Shown here: positions 48,474 through 58,775 of the stretch, piece by piece
Numbering within the stretch: position 1 is the stretch's first letter
Layout: every line of letters begins with the position of its first letter
Source of the DNA: Spirochaetales bacterium
GTDB lineage: Bacteria; Spirochaetota; Spirochaetia; SZUA-6; JAFGRV01
NCBI GenBank assembly: GCA_016935735.1
Contig: JAFGQK010000300.1
Span: forward strand, 3,437-67,436
DNA: 64,000 nucleotides
Direction: 5' to 3'
Program-made: the position numbers and the translations under genes
Notes under the pieces: model-generated
What the model saw: only the letters and a program-made list of their open reading frames with translations
Database searches by the model: none
What the model was told of the DNA's origin: nothing

Positions 48474-49586
48474 TCAGTAACTTCTCGTGGAGTTACTACC
48501 GAATCCCCTGAACAGATGCGTACGGTAAAGCAGATTCCCGGTCGGACAATTGTCCATACATAAACCGCAGCCAACACAGGAAATATCCCGTACCGGCTTT
48601 TTTTCCTGTACCCTGGCCATTATATCGATCGACATTTTACAGGCATCATTACAGGCACTGCATTGAATACAATGTGTCAGACCTGTTTCCACCCGCTGGC
48701 CTATGAGACGTGAAATAAGCGCCAGACCGAAACCTGCCGGGCAATAAAAGCAATATCCCCGGCCACCAATAAACACCCAGAGAAACATCAGCAGTGTTAA
48801 TTCAAGACTGATATATTTGATGAGTTCGATACGAATAAGGGTGTTTTCAGGAATCAGTGTCCAGCCTGTTATCAGATAACAACTCCAGAGTCCTGTAAGC
48901 AGGATATTTACGGTAAAAAGGATGCGCTGTATGAGGATAAGGATAGTATGTAAAACAGGTTTGATTTGTTTTGAATGGGGACGCTTTTTATTGTGGATAA
49001 TAAAGGGTAAACCAATACCCAGGGTTTCGGCATGACACCCATTCATAAGACAAATCATACTGCATTGCCATTTACGGCCCAGGACAATTGTACCTGCAAA
49101 AGCGATCACCTGATAAATCCCATAAGCCCAAAGAAGCAAAGTTGCGGAATCGATACCCTTCCAGGGGGGAAGTGAGGTTCCATAAAATTTACCGTTCATG
49201 GCAAGCTGGAAGGGAAGCGTTGTCCATGGAAAGGGCATAAAAGCATAATAAAGTTCCCAGTAACCGGAAGCAATCGGCCAGATTACAAGCAAAAGAAGCG
49301 AAGTAATTGAAAAACTGAATAAGGTGATTTTCCTCTGTAAAGGAACCCGCCCTGTACTTTTTTTTATAAACCGGTAGGTTAAAAGACTTCCCAGGAATAC
49401 GGTAAATGCCCGGAAAAAATGTTCAAAATAAAAATAAAGCATTTTCCAGAAATGCTTTACTGAAGGATTTAAATTCTTTGCAAATCCGTAATTTGCAGCT
49501 GCAACTACAACTGCTATGACCAATAATGCCAGGGTCATAATCTTGATGATAATAATATTGATATCTCTTTTTTTCGTTTGAATCAT
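48474..49586 (-). CDS. Membrane 4Fe-4S-binding protein (polyferredoxin, NapH/MauN-like)
   Basis: Multiple TMs; GRKWQCSMIC, RGYCFYCP, CIQCSACNDAC, CVGCGLCMDNCP. Confidence 0.85.
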   Translation of the reverse strand: MIQTKKRDINIIIIKIMTLALLVIAVVVAAANYGFAKNLNPSVKHFWKMLYFYFEHFFRAFTVFLGSLLTYRFIKKSTGRVPLQRKITLFSFSITSLLLLVIWPIASGYWELYYAFMPFPWTTLPFQLAMNGKFYGTSLPPWKGIDSATLLLWAYGIYQVIAFAGTIVLGRKWQCSMICLMNGCHAETLGIGLPFIIHNKKRPHSKQIKPVLHTILILIQRILFTVNILLTGLWSCYLITGWTLIPENTLIRIELIKYISLELTLLMFLWVFIGGRGYCFYCPAGFGLALISRLIGQRVETGLTHCIQCSACNDACKMSIDIMARVQEKKPVRDISCVGCGLCMDNCPTGNLLYRTHLFRGFGSNSTRSY

Positions 49587-49930
49587 TCGTATTTCTCCTT
49601 ACTGTATTACACCATAACCTGCAATTACATCACATCCAGGAAGGTTCCGGCCAACGAAAGTGTTATGGCTCGAAAATCCCGGAATTCTACTAAAATAGTC
49701 AAAGTTCAAAGATTATACAAGTCCCTAAAAAAACCTCGAAACAATGCCATAATGATTAAAGTTCAAAATTTCAACAGGCATTGTAAAGAAAAAAAATAAA
49801 CCGGTAAAAAGGGAAAGGCAAAAATGGAAACCTCTTGCAATATGCAATAAAAATATGTTATTGTCAGATAGATTATATTCTATAAACTGGAATTTTCTAT
49901 TTCATTTTATTAGAATCGGAAGCGAATTAA

Positions 49931-52255
49931 GTGAAAAACATAAAAAACCTGAAAACCAGGCCGACAATCGGATTACTTATCGGTGAACTTGAAGAAAGTT
50001 ACCAGGCCAGGGTTTGGCCCGGTGTTGCAGATTATGCGCAGGAACATGATGTGAATCTTATCATTTTTGTCGGAAAAGCTCCCCGGTCCCCATATGGGTA
50101 TGACTACCAGCATAATTGTATCTACAAAATAGTGCATAAGAACTTTATCGACGGGCTTGTGGTTCTTTCCGGTACTCTCGGGAACTTTCTTACACCCGGT
50201 GAGCTTGCAAAATTTTATAAACAATTCAGATCAATCCCTATTGTGAGTATCGCACTTGAGATAAAGGGGATCCCGTGTGTCATGGTAGATAATGAAAGCG
50301 GCATGAGACAGGCACTCATCCATCTTATAGAAAAACACGGATATGAACGGATCGCATTTATAAGGGGACCGAAAACACACCAGGAAGCTGAAAAACGTTA
50401 TATGACCTATCTGAATATTCTAACAGAGTATCATTTACCTATCCGGGAAGAACTTACTGTTATCGGGGACCTTCATCCCCGGGGCGGTTCTGATGCGATT
50501 CATACACTCCTTGATGAAAGACATATAAATTTCGATGCTCTTGTTGCAGCAAATGATGGAATGGCATTAAGTGCTTTAAAAGCATTACAGGCCAGGGGCA
50601 TTAAAGTCCCGGAAGAAATTGCAGTAGTCGGTTTTGATGATATTGATGAAGCAAGCTATATAACACCCCCTCTTTCCACTGTGAAACAGCCCCTTTATGA
50701 GCAGGCAAAAACGGCTATCAAGCTTCTCCTCGATAAAATCGAGGGAAATAAGGTGAGTAATAAAATCTGTTTGCCCACCACCTTTATTATAAGAGAATCC
50801 TGCGGCTGTTTTCACGAAACCATTCCACATAAATTATATCCAAAGCAACGGGGAAAACATACAAAGAAAAGCCTGGATGAAGCACTTGAAAAAATGAAAA
50901 CGGCAGTTCTTAATGATGTAGTATCATCATGTGAATCGATTTATCTGGAAAAAGATCAGTTTATCGCATGGTTAAAAAAATTAATAGACGGTATTGCCAT
51001 CGATCTCCTGGATCAGCACGAGTCCAGAAACTTTACCCCTTTTCTGAATGAAATCCTTATTCAAAAAATGCTTGGTAAGTACCAGTATAATTTCTGGCAG
51101 AATATTTTAATCTTTTTACACGATAGAATTTTTGATCATCTACAAGGATTCAACCTGGATGATAAAATTCAATACCTTTTTGAACAGGGATTTTGTTTAC
51201 TAAGAGAAATTATGATGCGGGCTCTCTATTACCGGAGAATCCAGGTTGAATATGATATCGGGCTTCTCGGGGAAGTAAGCCAGGCCCTTATTACAACAAT
51301 AGATTTGCCAGAGCTTATGAATGCTATTTCACGTGAAGTTCCGAAATTGAATATACAGAGTTGTTATATCATCAGGTACAACCAGGATAAAGCAGACCGG
51401 TGCAGTACCAGCTGGAAAGTTCCTGCGACATCGGAACTGGTACTTGCTTTTGACAGACAGCACAATGTTGTCATGCATACGGAAAAAAGAAAATTCCGGA
51501 CTCGTGAGTTATTACCGGACCGCTTGTTAACAATCTGGCACAGGCGGACATTTATCTGTATGCCCCTTTTTTTTAGAGAGGAAAAACTCGGGCATCTGCT
51601 TTTTGAATTCGGCCCAAAGGAGGGAATCATCTATGAGACCCTAAGGAGTCAGATAAGCAGCGCATTAAAAGGTGCATTGCTTTTCCAGAAGCACCTGGAT
51701 ACGGAAAAGGAACTAAAGAAAACACTCTTACAACTTGAAAGGACAAATAAAGAACTCCAGAACCTTTCACTCCGGGATGATTTAACAGGACTTTATAACA
51801 GACGTGCATTCATCACACTGGGAGAGCAGCACCTACGGCTCGCACAACGTACAAAAAAAATCTTTCTGCTTTTCTTTGCAGATATGGATGGATTAAAGGT
51901 TATTAATGATACGTATGGCCACAGGGAAGGAGATATTGCAATATTGAAAAGCGCAGAAATATTAAGACAATCATTCCGGCATGCAGATATTATTGCCAGG
52001 TTTGGCGGGGATGAATTTACCATTATTGCGATTGATGCGGGCAGGGAAGATAGTTCGACATTAAGGGAAAACTTCATGAAAAATATTAATAATTATAATC
52101 GAATATCAAAAAAACCCTATAAACTGGGGATTAGTATGGGGGCCGCTTCCTATGAGATCGATTCACTGAAAACTTTCGAAAATCTTCTTACGGAAGCAGA
52201 TTGTGATCTATACGAACAGAAACAATATAAAAAGAAAAAGAATAAGCAATTATAA
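49931..52255 (+). CDS. LacI-type ligand-binding domain fused to a GGDEF diguanylate cyclase
   Basis: DNESG, RIAFIRGP, ANDGMA, VVGFDD, PPLSTVKQP; DDLTGLYNRR, RHAD I-site, ARFGGDEF. Confidence 0.92.
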   Translation: MKNIKNLKTRPTIGLLIGELEESYQARVWPGVADYAQEHDVNLIIFVGKAPRSPYGYDYQHNCIYKIVHKNFIDGLVVLSGTLGNFLTPGELAKFYKQFRSIPIVSIALEIKGIPCVMVDNESGMRQALIHLIEKHGYERIAFIRGPKTHQEAEKRYMTYLNILTEYHLPIREELTVIGDLHPRGGSDAIHTLLDERHINFDALVAANDGMALSALKALQARGIKVPEEIAVVGFDDIDEASYITPPLSTVKQPLYEQAKTAIKLLLDKIEGNKVSNKICLPTTFIIRESCGCFHETIPHKLYPKQRGKHTKKSLDEALEKMKTAVLNDVVSSCESIYLEKDQFIAWLKKLIDGIAIDLLDQHESRNFTPFLNEILIQKMLGKYQYNFWQNILIFLHDRIFDHLQGFNLDDKIQYLFEQGFCLLREIMMRALYYRRIQVEYDIGLLGEVSQALITTIDLPELMNAISREVPKLNIQSCYIIRYNQDKADRCSTSWKVPATSELVLAFDRQHNVVMHTEKRKFRTRELLPDRLLTIWHRRTFICMPLFFREEKLGHLLFEFGPKEGIIYETLRSQISSALKGALLFQKHLDTEKELKKTLLQLERTNKELQNLSLRDDLTGLYNRRAFITLGEQHLRLAQRTKKIFLLFFADMDGLKVINDTYGHREGDIAILKSAEILRQSFRHADIIARFGGDEFTIIAIDAGREDSSTLRENFMKNINNYNRISKKPYKLGISMGAASYEIDSLKTFENLLTEADCDLYEQKQYKKKKNKQL

Positions 52256-54238
52256 TTCATCTTCTGCAAGAACAACAAGGGAATCATCTGCCGTTAATGT
52301 AAATACCCTGTTTTTTTCAGGATTAAGCAAAACACCGAAGTTCTGAAGGGGATCTTTTAATAAAGCCCCTCTCCTGATTCCCAGGCAGATTTCCTGTCTC
52401 TGCTGGACCTGGGACAGGATGTCGAGAAAGGAAACATTAACCGGGAGGGTATCAAAGTAAAAAGGAACCGGTTTAATATAAATTTCACTTCCTTCTTCAC
52501 AGAACAGCTGGTCATAAAGAAACTTGATCTCATGATTCTCGCTTATCTGGGCTATAATCTTTGTAATCATTTTATTGCTTATAATAAAATCATCAACATT
52601 TGATTGTTCAATCAATTCCTGGTTATCCGAATTGAGTATCTGGGTAATAATTTTCGTCTTTTTCTCACTGATACCTTGTTCATTTATAAGTTCCCGGAGG
52701 AGAAGGAGAATAAGCATGGTATCCGAATCAACCTTTTCCGGTGTATAATCTTTTTCATCCTGGGCAAGGATAATGATATTATTATAAGAAAAAGGGGATA
52801 TGTTCTTCAGATTCCGGGGTGAAAGCGGATTTTCATGGATAAGAGATATCTTAAGCTCCCTGAACTCTTCCTGAAAGGATTTGATTTTCGCTTCTACCTG
52901 TGCAGATGGTTTATAAATCATGATATCGATTGCAGATCCCCCGGGAAGAAAATTTGCAAATTCACGGAGGATTATCTCTGCTATACTGTGCCACCCCAGC
53001 AAAAGCTCTTTTTCCACCTTTCTGGATGTTTCTTTTTTTACAAGTGAATATTGCTTCGGTTCTGCTATCTTTTGTTTTTTAAATTTGATTGTGGAATCAT
53101 CTTCTGCAAGAATGAAAATGCTGTCATCTTTTTCCATCTTTCTTGTTGCAGGTGGCCGCAGGGCAAGAATGTTATCTTTGTTCATAATCCCAAGTGGAAT
53201 TCCATCGATAAAATGACATTGAAGCTCTCCAAAGGGGATATTTCCCCATTCAGTCCTGTATTTGTAGATTTCACACCCTTTAAAAGAGAGAATCTCGCTG
53301 TATACAAGCTCAAGTCCGCTGGAAAGAGATGTCTGGACCAGAAGTTTCCCAAGGATCTCCCTGGAGTCAATAGATATTACATTCCGGAATCGAAGTGAAT
53401 CCAGAATCTTTCTTTTTTCATTGCTGAAGATTTCTGCGACAATTGTCATGTGCGCTTTCTCCTCAACATTCGTTGAGGCACGATTGTAATTTATAAGGTA
53501 CTCTTCCCGGCTCATAAGAAGGGCAAGAATTGTCTTGATTGTTTTCGTATCGGAAATTTCTTTCATGTCATCTGAAGAAGAATCCGGACAGCAGGAAAGG
53601 ATGATTGCAGATTTTGCTTCTTTTGCATTAACCCGTTTCAGTTCATTCAAAGAGGATGTATCCCCGGTTCTGGTGATAATTTTCATTGTTTTCATCCTCG
53701 AAAACTGCTTCGCTATTTTATGATCCATGGTTTCTTTATCTTCTTCAGATAGAATGACAATAATACCGTTTCTTTCACTTTCATTTGCAACAATCAATTC
53801 TTTCATCACATCAAAAATCCGTTCATTCCACCCAAGGATGAGTGTGTGGCCCTGTTCAATCACCTGGCTTTTCCCTTTACGGAAGTTATAGATGATTTCC
53901 TCTACATGGGTAGTAATAAAAGCGATGAGCATGGAAAAAATGACAAGCCCGGATAATATGGTAACGGTTCCCACAATGTAATACCAGATGAAATCACCTC
54001 CTTCCATCCCAAGGGTGCCGGGATCAGTCAGGCCAAGAAAAACCCGCCAGAAATGTTTGAAAAAGTTCGCAGTAATCTGTTCATCCGGATTTAATGCAAC
54101 AAAGATTCCCCGGATAATTGTTAAAACAATAAGGGCAATAATGAAAAGAATAAGAAGGCTTAAAAATACAGCAACACCGCCATGGGCCATGAAGTTTTCC
54201 AGCCAGTAACGAAACCTTTTCCCTATTGTGGTTTTCAT
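52250..54238 (-). CDS. CASTOR/POLLUX-related ion channel with RCK domains
   Basis: TDPG pore motif, RKGKSQVIE.GHTLILGW, EGSEIYIKP, LNP.K; start at 54238 preferred. Confidence 0.85.
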   Translation of the reverse strand: MKTTIGKRFRYWLENFMAHGGVAVFLSLLILFIIALIVLTIIRGIFVALNPDEQITANFFKHFWRVFLGLTDPGTLGMEGGDFIWYYIVGTVTILSGLVIFSMLIAFITTHVEEIIYNFRKGKSQVIEQGHTLILGWNERIFDVMKELIVANESERNGIIVILSEEDKETMDHKIAKQFSRMKTMKIITRTGDTSSLNELKRVNAKEAKSAIILSCCPDSSSDDMKEISDTKTIKTILALLMSREEYLINYNRASTNVEEKAHMTIVAEIFSNEKRKILDSLRFRNVISIDSREILGKLLVQTSLSSGLELVYSEILSFKGCEIYKYRTEWGNIPFGELQCHFIDGIPLGIMNKDNILALRPPATRKMEKDDSIFILAEDDSTIKFKKQKIAEPKQYSLVKKETSRKVEKELLLGWHSIAEIILREFANFLPGGSAIDIMIYKPSAQVEAKIKSFQEEFRELKISLIHENPLSPRNLKNISPFSYNNIIILAQDEKDYTPEKVDSDTMLILLLLRELINEQGISEKKTKIITQILNSDNQELIEQSNVDDFIISNKMITKIIAQISENHEIKFLYDQLFCEEGSEIYIKPVPFYFDTLPVNVSFLDILSQVQQRQEICLGIRRGALLKDPLQNFGVLLNPEKNRVFTLTADDSLVVLAEDEL

Positions 54239-54417
54239 TCTCTTAATTGTTTCCTTTCCATATATTGTTACACAATAATTATAGGAAGAGAAATAAAGGA
54301 AAATCAATTATTTTTTTAATAAAAGTATGGTAAAAAGAGATCCAATTCCCTTGCTTTACAAAAAGTACTTTTTTCATATATAATAATATCCTGGACGGAT
54401 TTAAATTAAGGAAAAGA

Positions 54418-56433
54418 ATGAAAGATATATATGTACCTGTTATTTTATTTTTCTGTTGTATGTTCCTCCTTTCCATTTTATCCTGTACCCCGGAAATACA
54501 AATCAAGGCAGAAAGAGGGGAATTGGATCTCTCCTCATGGGATTTTGAAAAAAATGGAATTGTGGAGCTCGATGGTGAATGGGAATTTTATTGGAAAGAA
54601 ATTCTTTATAGTAATGATTTTAAACAAGCCACTGTGGAAAAAACTCCTGATTACCGGCATGTACCATCTCTCTGGAATACCTATCGTATTCATACCGGGG
54701 TTCTTCCGGTAACAGGATATGCAACCTACCGCCTGTTCCTTACCCTCCCTGATTCTCATAGACTTTATGCCTTTAAAATATATGACCAGAGTACTGCTTA
54801 CCGTCTTTATATTTATGGAAAATATATAATGGGGAATGGCAAAGTCGGCAAAACAAAAGAAGAGTCCATTCCTGTCTGGCGTTCAACCATGAGCGTCTTT
54901 ATGCCGGAATCTACTACAATAGAGATTATTCTGCACATTTCAAATTTCCATTTTAATAAACCGGGTTTCTGGAAAAGTATCTCCTTTGGGCCGGATAAAC
55001 AAATTATTGCCATGGATATGCAGTCAAAAGCGTGGGTTTATCTTGTGCTCGGTATTTATCTTGCAATCGGAACTTATCATCTGGTTCTTTTTTTCCTGGG
55101 GAAAAAGGATAAAGCGACTCTCTTTTTTGGGTTTTTTTGCCTGATTTTTATTATACGATCCGTTTTTACCGATGAACGTATTGCTCTTTCCCTTTTCCCC
55201 TGGATAAACTGGCATGCTGGTCTGCTTGGTGAAATTCTTTCTGTTTATTACCTTGTTATCTTTTTTATTCTATTCCTTAAAGCCCTTTATCCGGAGGAAA
55301 TGATTTCATGGATAAACCGGATTATTATTATTATCTCTGTAATCATAAGCCTGATTCTCCTGTTCACTCCTTCGATATTGATAAATGTGATTCATTCATA
55401 CTATTTAATAATAATCCTTTTTGTAATTATTTATGCAATTATTGTATTGTTATTTGCCAGTATTAGAAAACGCACAGGAGCAATTTTCCTTTTTATCGGG
55501 TTTCTCTTGTTTTCCGTCACTATATTTTACGATATCCTTGTTTCGCAATTTATTATAAACTTAAACTTCCTGGCTCCCCTTGGTATCCTGTTCTTTATTT
55601 TTACCGAATTCACCCTTTATGTTAAATTTATAAAAGCAGAAGATGAACTCCGGGAAAGGGAAAAGGAATTACTTCATGCAGAAAAACTCGCATCCCTGGG
55701 TACTCTTATTGCCGGGGTTGCACATGAAATCAACAATCCCAATGCTTCGATTTATATGACAACCAGTACACTTTCCACTATCTGGAAGGACCTGATTCCC
55801 CAGCTTGATGAGTTTGCAGAAAAGGAAGGAAATTTCACCATAGGAAACTTATCCTATACCGCTTTTAAAGAAGCTATACCTGTTTCCTTGAACAGGATAA
55901 AGAAAAACTCAAAAAGAATAGAAGAGATTGTAAAGGACTTAAAGGATTATGCAAAAAAGGATGAGAGTAATCAGGATAATAAAGTAAATATCAATAATGT
56001 TATCAATAGTTCCCTGCGGTTGCTGGATAATCTGATTAAAAAAAGTACGGGAAAACTCGAACTTGATTTAATGGAACACCTCCCGCCTGTACAGGGAAAT
56101 GCCCAGCGTCTTGAACAGGTTATCATCAATATTATTCAGAATGCCTGCCATGCACTTGAGGATAAGCAAAAAGGAATCTTCATCTCCACCGGTTTTAACG
56201 AGGCAGCAAAAAAAGTGATTATCTCTATCATGGATGAAGGGATTGGGATGGACAAAAAAACATTAAAACAGATTTACGACCCTTTTTTTACAACAAAAAG
56301 ATTAAAAGGGGGGACAGGGCTGGGGATGGCAGTGACTTCCAGGATAGTAAAAGATCATGGGGGAGAACTTATGATTACCTCCAGACCGGGAAAAGGAACC
56401 ACGGTAGAGATTTTACTGAATAGCTTCTTATAA
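54418..56433 (+). CDS. Sensor histidine kinase with 7TM-DISM-type input
   Basis: LDGEWEFYW, GYATYRL extracellular domain, 7 TM, AGVAHEINNP, NIIQNA, DEG.G, PFFTTK, GTGLG. Confidence 0.92.
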   Translation: MKDIYVPVILFFCCMFLLSILSCTPEIQIKAERGELDLSSWDFEKNGIVELDGEWEFYWKEILYSNDFKQATVEKTPDYRHVPSLWNTYRIHTGVLPVTGYATYRLFLTLPDSHRLYAFKIYDQSTAYRLYIYGKYIMGNGKVGKTKEESIPVWRSTMSVFMPESTTIEIILHISNFHFNKPGFWKSISFGPDKQIIAMDMQSKAWVYLVLGIYLAIGTYHLVLFFLGKKDKATLFFGFFCLIFIIRSVFTDERIALSLFPWINWHAGLLGEILSVYYLVIFFILFLKALYPEEMISWINRIIIIISVIISLILLFTPSILINVIHSYYLIIILFVIIYAIIVLLFASIRKRTGAIFLFIGFLLFSVTIFYDILVSQFIINLNFLAPLGILFFIFTEFTLYVKFIKAEDELREREKELLHAEKLASLGTLIAGVAHEINNPNASIYMTTSTLSTIWKDLIPQLDEFAEKEGNFTIGNLSYTAFKEAIPVSLNRIKKNSKRIEEIVKDLKDYAKKDESNQDNKVNINNVINSSLRLLDNLIKKSTGKLELDLMEHLPPVQGNAQRLEQVIINIIQNACHALEDKQKGIFISTGFNEAAKKVIISIMDEGIGMDKKTLKQIYDPFFTTKRLKGGTGLGMAVTSRIVKDHGGELMITSRPGKGTTVEILLNSFL

Positions 56434-57090
56434 ATTCTTTGCCGCCCACATCGCAGCAAGAAACCTGTTGTTCACATCTATTTTCTTGTAGATGTTATAA
56501 AGATGTGTCTTTACCGTATTCAGACTCAGATGTAGTGAATCGGAGATTTCCTCATTTGTGGATCCTAAACTCACCATGGAGAGAATCTCGATCTCTCGCT
56601 GGGTAAGATTATTCTTTTCTTTGATTACTTCCCTTTTTTCCTTAAAGCTTTGAAGTACAAACCGGGAAAGGAGTTTTCTTTGGACCCAGAGTTCGTCTTT
56701 AAGGATAATTATAATACCTTTAAGAAAAAGATCTATTTTCTCTTCTTTATAAAAAAATCCTTTTATATTTTTAGCCAGTCCGTTTTTTTCTATACCTGTA
56801 TTTTCAGATAAATTAAAAAGCGCAACATAGAAATGAGTATCGCTCATAAAAGAACTCAAATGCCTTAACATCTCTTCAAAACTTGAATGGATACTATCGA
56901 TTAAAAGCAGATACTTCCTTTTTTTCAGTGAATGGAGTATTTGTTCTTTCCTCTGTGCAATGAAATTATCGATAACCGGGTAGAGATGACACTTCATCTT
57001 AAGTTCCCGTTCAATAATATATACGAGGAATTTATTATGCAGGTTCTCCGGCCCAATTATAAAAACTAACGCCTCTTGATTATTATCCAT
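56428..57090 (-). CDS. CsgD/VpsT-like LuxR-family regulator with degenerate receiver
   Basis: IKGFFY, ELWVQRK, LTQREIEIL..NEEISDSLHLSLNTVKTHLYNIYKK. Confidence 0.85.
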   Translation of the reverse strand: MDNNQEALVFIIGPENLHNKFLVYIIERELKMKCHLYPVIDNFIAQRKEQILHSLKKRKYLLLIDSIHSSFEEMLRHLSSFMSDTHFYVALFNLSENTGIEKNGLAKNIKGFFYKEEKIDLFLKGIIIILKDELWVQRKLLSRFVLQSFKEKREVIKEKNNLTQREIEILSMVSLGSTNEEISDSLHLSLNTVKTHLYNIYKKIDVNNRFLAAMWAAKNL

Positions 57091-57134
57091 TTCAAGTATA
57101 TATATATAAGTATAAGGCTAAAGCCGTCTATTTG

Positions 57135-57563
57135 TCAAAGTTCTGCATTTGCTATCCACCTGCCATGTTTATTGCAGAAGTGTACAACTGTTAATTTTCC
57201 TGTTACACTCTTTTTTACATGAATACTCACTGCCGGTTGCATTGAATCAGGAAGCATAGTATACCTGGAAGTATAGTTGTTATTAACATAAATATCTATC
57301 CAGACAATCCAGTGATCCTGCTGCATAGGATGTGTTGTAGATCCGATTTTTATATGAATATCACGGCAATCATCAATCATTCCGCAGGCAGCAGTCACGG
57401 TAATAACAGGTACATGCTTTTCTTTGCCTTCTTTTTCAGAGGGTATGATTGCATCCGGATTTTCCCGGAAATTCACCTTTGATGCCCCGCATACCGGACA
57501 TTTTTCCGGTATATGATTGAATTCAATATGACCGCATACATTACAAACAAATAATTTATCCAT
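57135..57563 (-). CDS. Superoxide reductase with N-terminal rubredoxin-like domain
   Basis: CNVCG..CPVCG; EKHVP, HPM..DH.I.WI, CNKHG.W. Confidence 0.9.
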   Translation of the reverse strand: MDKLFVCNVCGHIEFNHIPEKCPVCGASKVNFRENPDAIIPSEKEGKEKHVPVITVTAACGMIDDCRDIHIKIGSTTHPMQQDHWIVWIDIYVNNNYTSRYTMLPDSMQPAVSIHVKKSVTGKLTVVHFCNKHGRWIANAEL

Positions 57564-57782
57564 TTTACCTACTCCTTCTTTTTACCTTAATTCCAACTTA
57601 CATTATAATGTAATTCCTTTCTCTGTTTACGTCAAGAACATGGCGCGAGTGCCAAAACAGGTTTTTTTAACTACAGAAAACAGGATTCACGGAAATAAAA
57701 GGAAATTCCTGATCTGTTTCATAAATAACACCTATAATTATTGACATACAATAAGTTAAATGATACACTTCCGCTATACATT

Positions 57783-58775
57783 ATGAATCATATAAAAACT
57801 TTTTTCATACTTATCCTGTTTTTTTGTATTTATCACTGTCCCGTACAGGGATTGGAACTAATAAAAACAAAAAAATGGGACGTGAATCTGTCTTTGCGGC
57901 TTGCCCCGGCATATGTCTTTAACTATCCATCTTTATTGAATGGATTTGAATTTTATAATATGGAAATCGAATTTGAATGTGAGTATGATAATCGTGTTGA
58001 GTTGGCTCTTGCTTTCGATCTCATGGAACTCTATGAAGGATCCGGCTTTGTGCCCGGAAAACTTATTGAAGATGCATATCTGAACTATAATTTTCATAAA
58101 TTCTTAAAAATCCGGGCAGGGCAGTATAAAGTACCCCTGGGTGAAGAAATAGCTCTTGGCATGTCGGAAAGACCGTACTATGATCATTCTCTGGGGTCAA
58201 GACGATTGGCCCCCGGCCGGCGGCAGGGATTGATGTTTTCCGGTAAGGAAATTTTCTCTTTCCTTGGCTACCAGGCTGGCATCTTCAATACGTCGGAAAC
58301 AGATAAAGAAGAAAATGAAAGCCCCTATCTTTCAACAGCAGGAAAGCTTATTCTTGATTTCGATGAGTTCCCGGGAATATATCTAAAAAGCAGTTATAGC
58401 ATTTATTACAGCTTTGATGAGATTTTTGCCCAGGCAGCATCCCAGTATTTTTCCTGGCAGTTCTTTCAAATCCATAAACTTACCCTGTTCGGTGAATACC
58501 TGGAACAACGATTTTACCATTACCACTGGAACAATAGTATTTTCCTGTTGTTAGCATACCGTGCAGGGCTTTTTGAGATCTACAGCTCGGGAGAGTTCTA
58601 TGACGAGAATGTCGGGAAAGAGGATAAAGACGATTGCTTTTCATTATGCTCAGGGATTAATCTCTATTGGATAAAAGACCGTTTACGAACCAGTCTGGGA
58701 CACCGATACACAAATGAATATCAAAAAGGAGAAGAAAAAAACCGGTTCGTTCTCGTAATGATGTGGGAAATATAA
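57783..58775 (+). CDS. Outer-membrane porin (phosphate-selective porin O/P-like)
   Basis: Signal peptide; DAYLNY, IRAGQYKVP, RRQGLM, alternating beta-strand pattern. Confidence 0.7.
   Translation: MNHIKTFFILILFFCIYHCPVQGLELIKTKKWDVNLSLRLAPAYVFNYPSLLNGFEFYNMEIEFECEYDNRVELALAFDLMELYEGSGFVPGKLIEDAYLNYNFHKFLKIRAGQYKVPLGEEIALGMSERPYYDHSLGSRRLAPGRRQGLMFSGKEIFSFLGYQAGIFNTSETDKEENESPYLSTAGKLILDFDEFPGIYLKSSYSIYYSFDEIFAQAASQYFSWQFFQIHKLTLFGEYLEQRFYHYHWNNSIFLLLAYRAGLFEIYSSGEFYDENVGKEDKDDCFSLCSGINLYWIKDRLRTSLGHRYTNEYQKGEEKNRFVLVMMWEI

Noticed and set aside
49578-49799. 73-aa ORF or IS relic between divergent genes
   Set aside because: No motif, inverted repeat or second copy found to support either call
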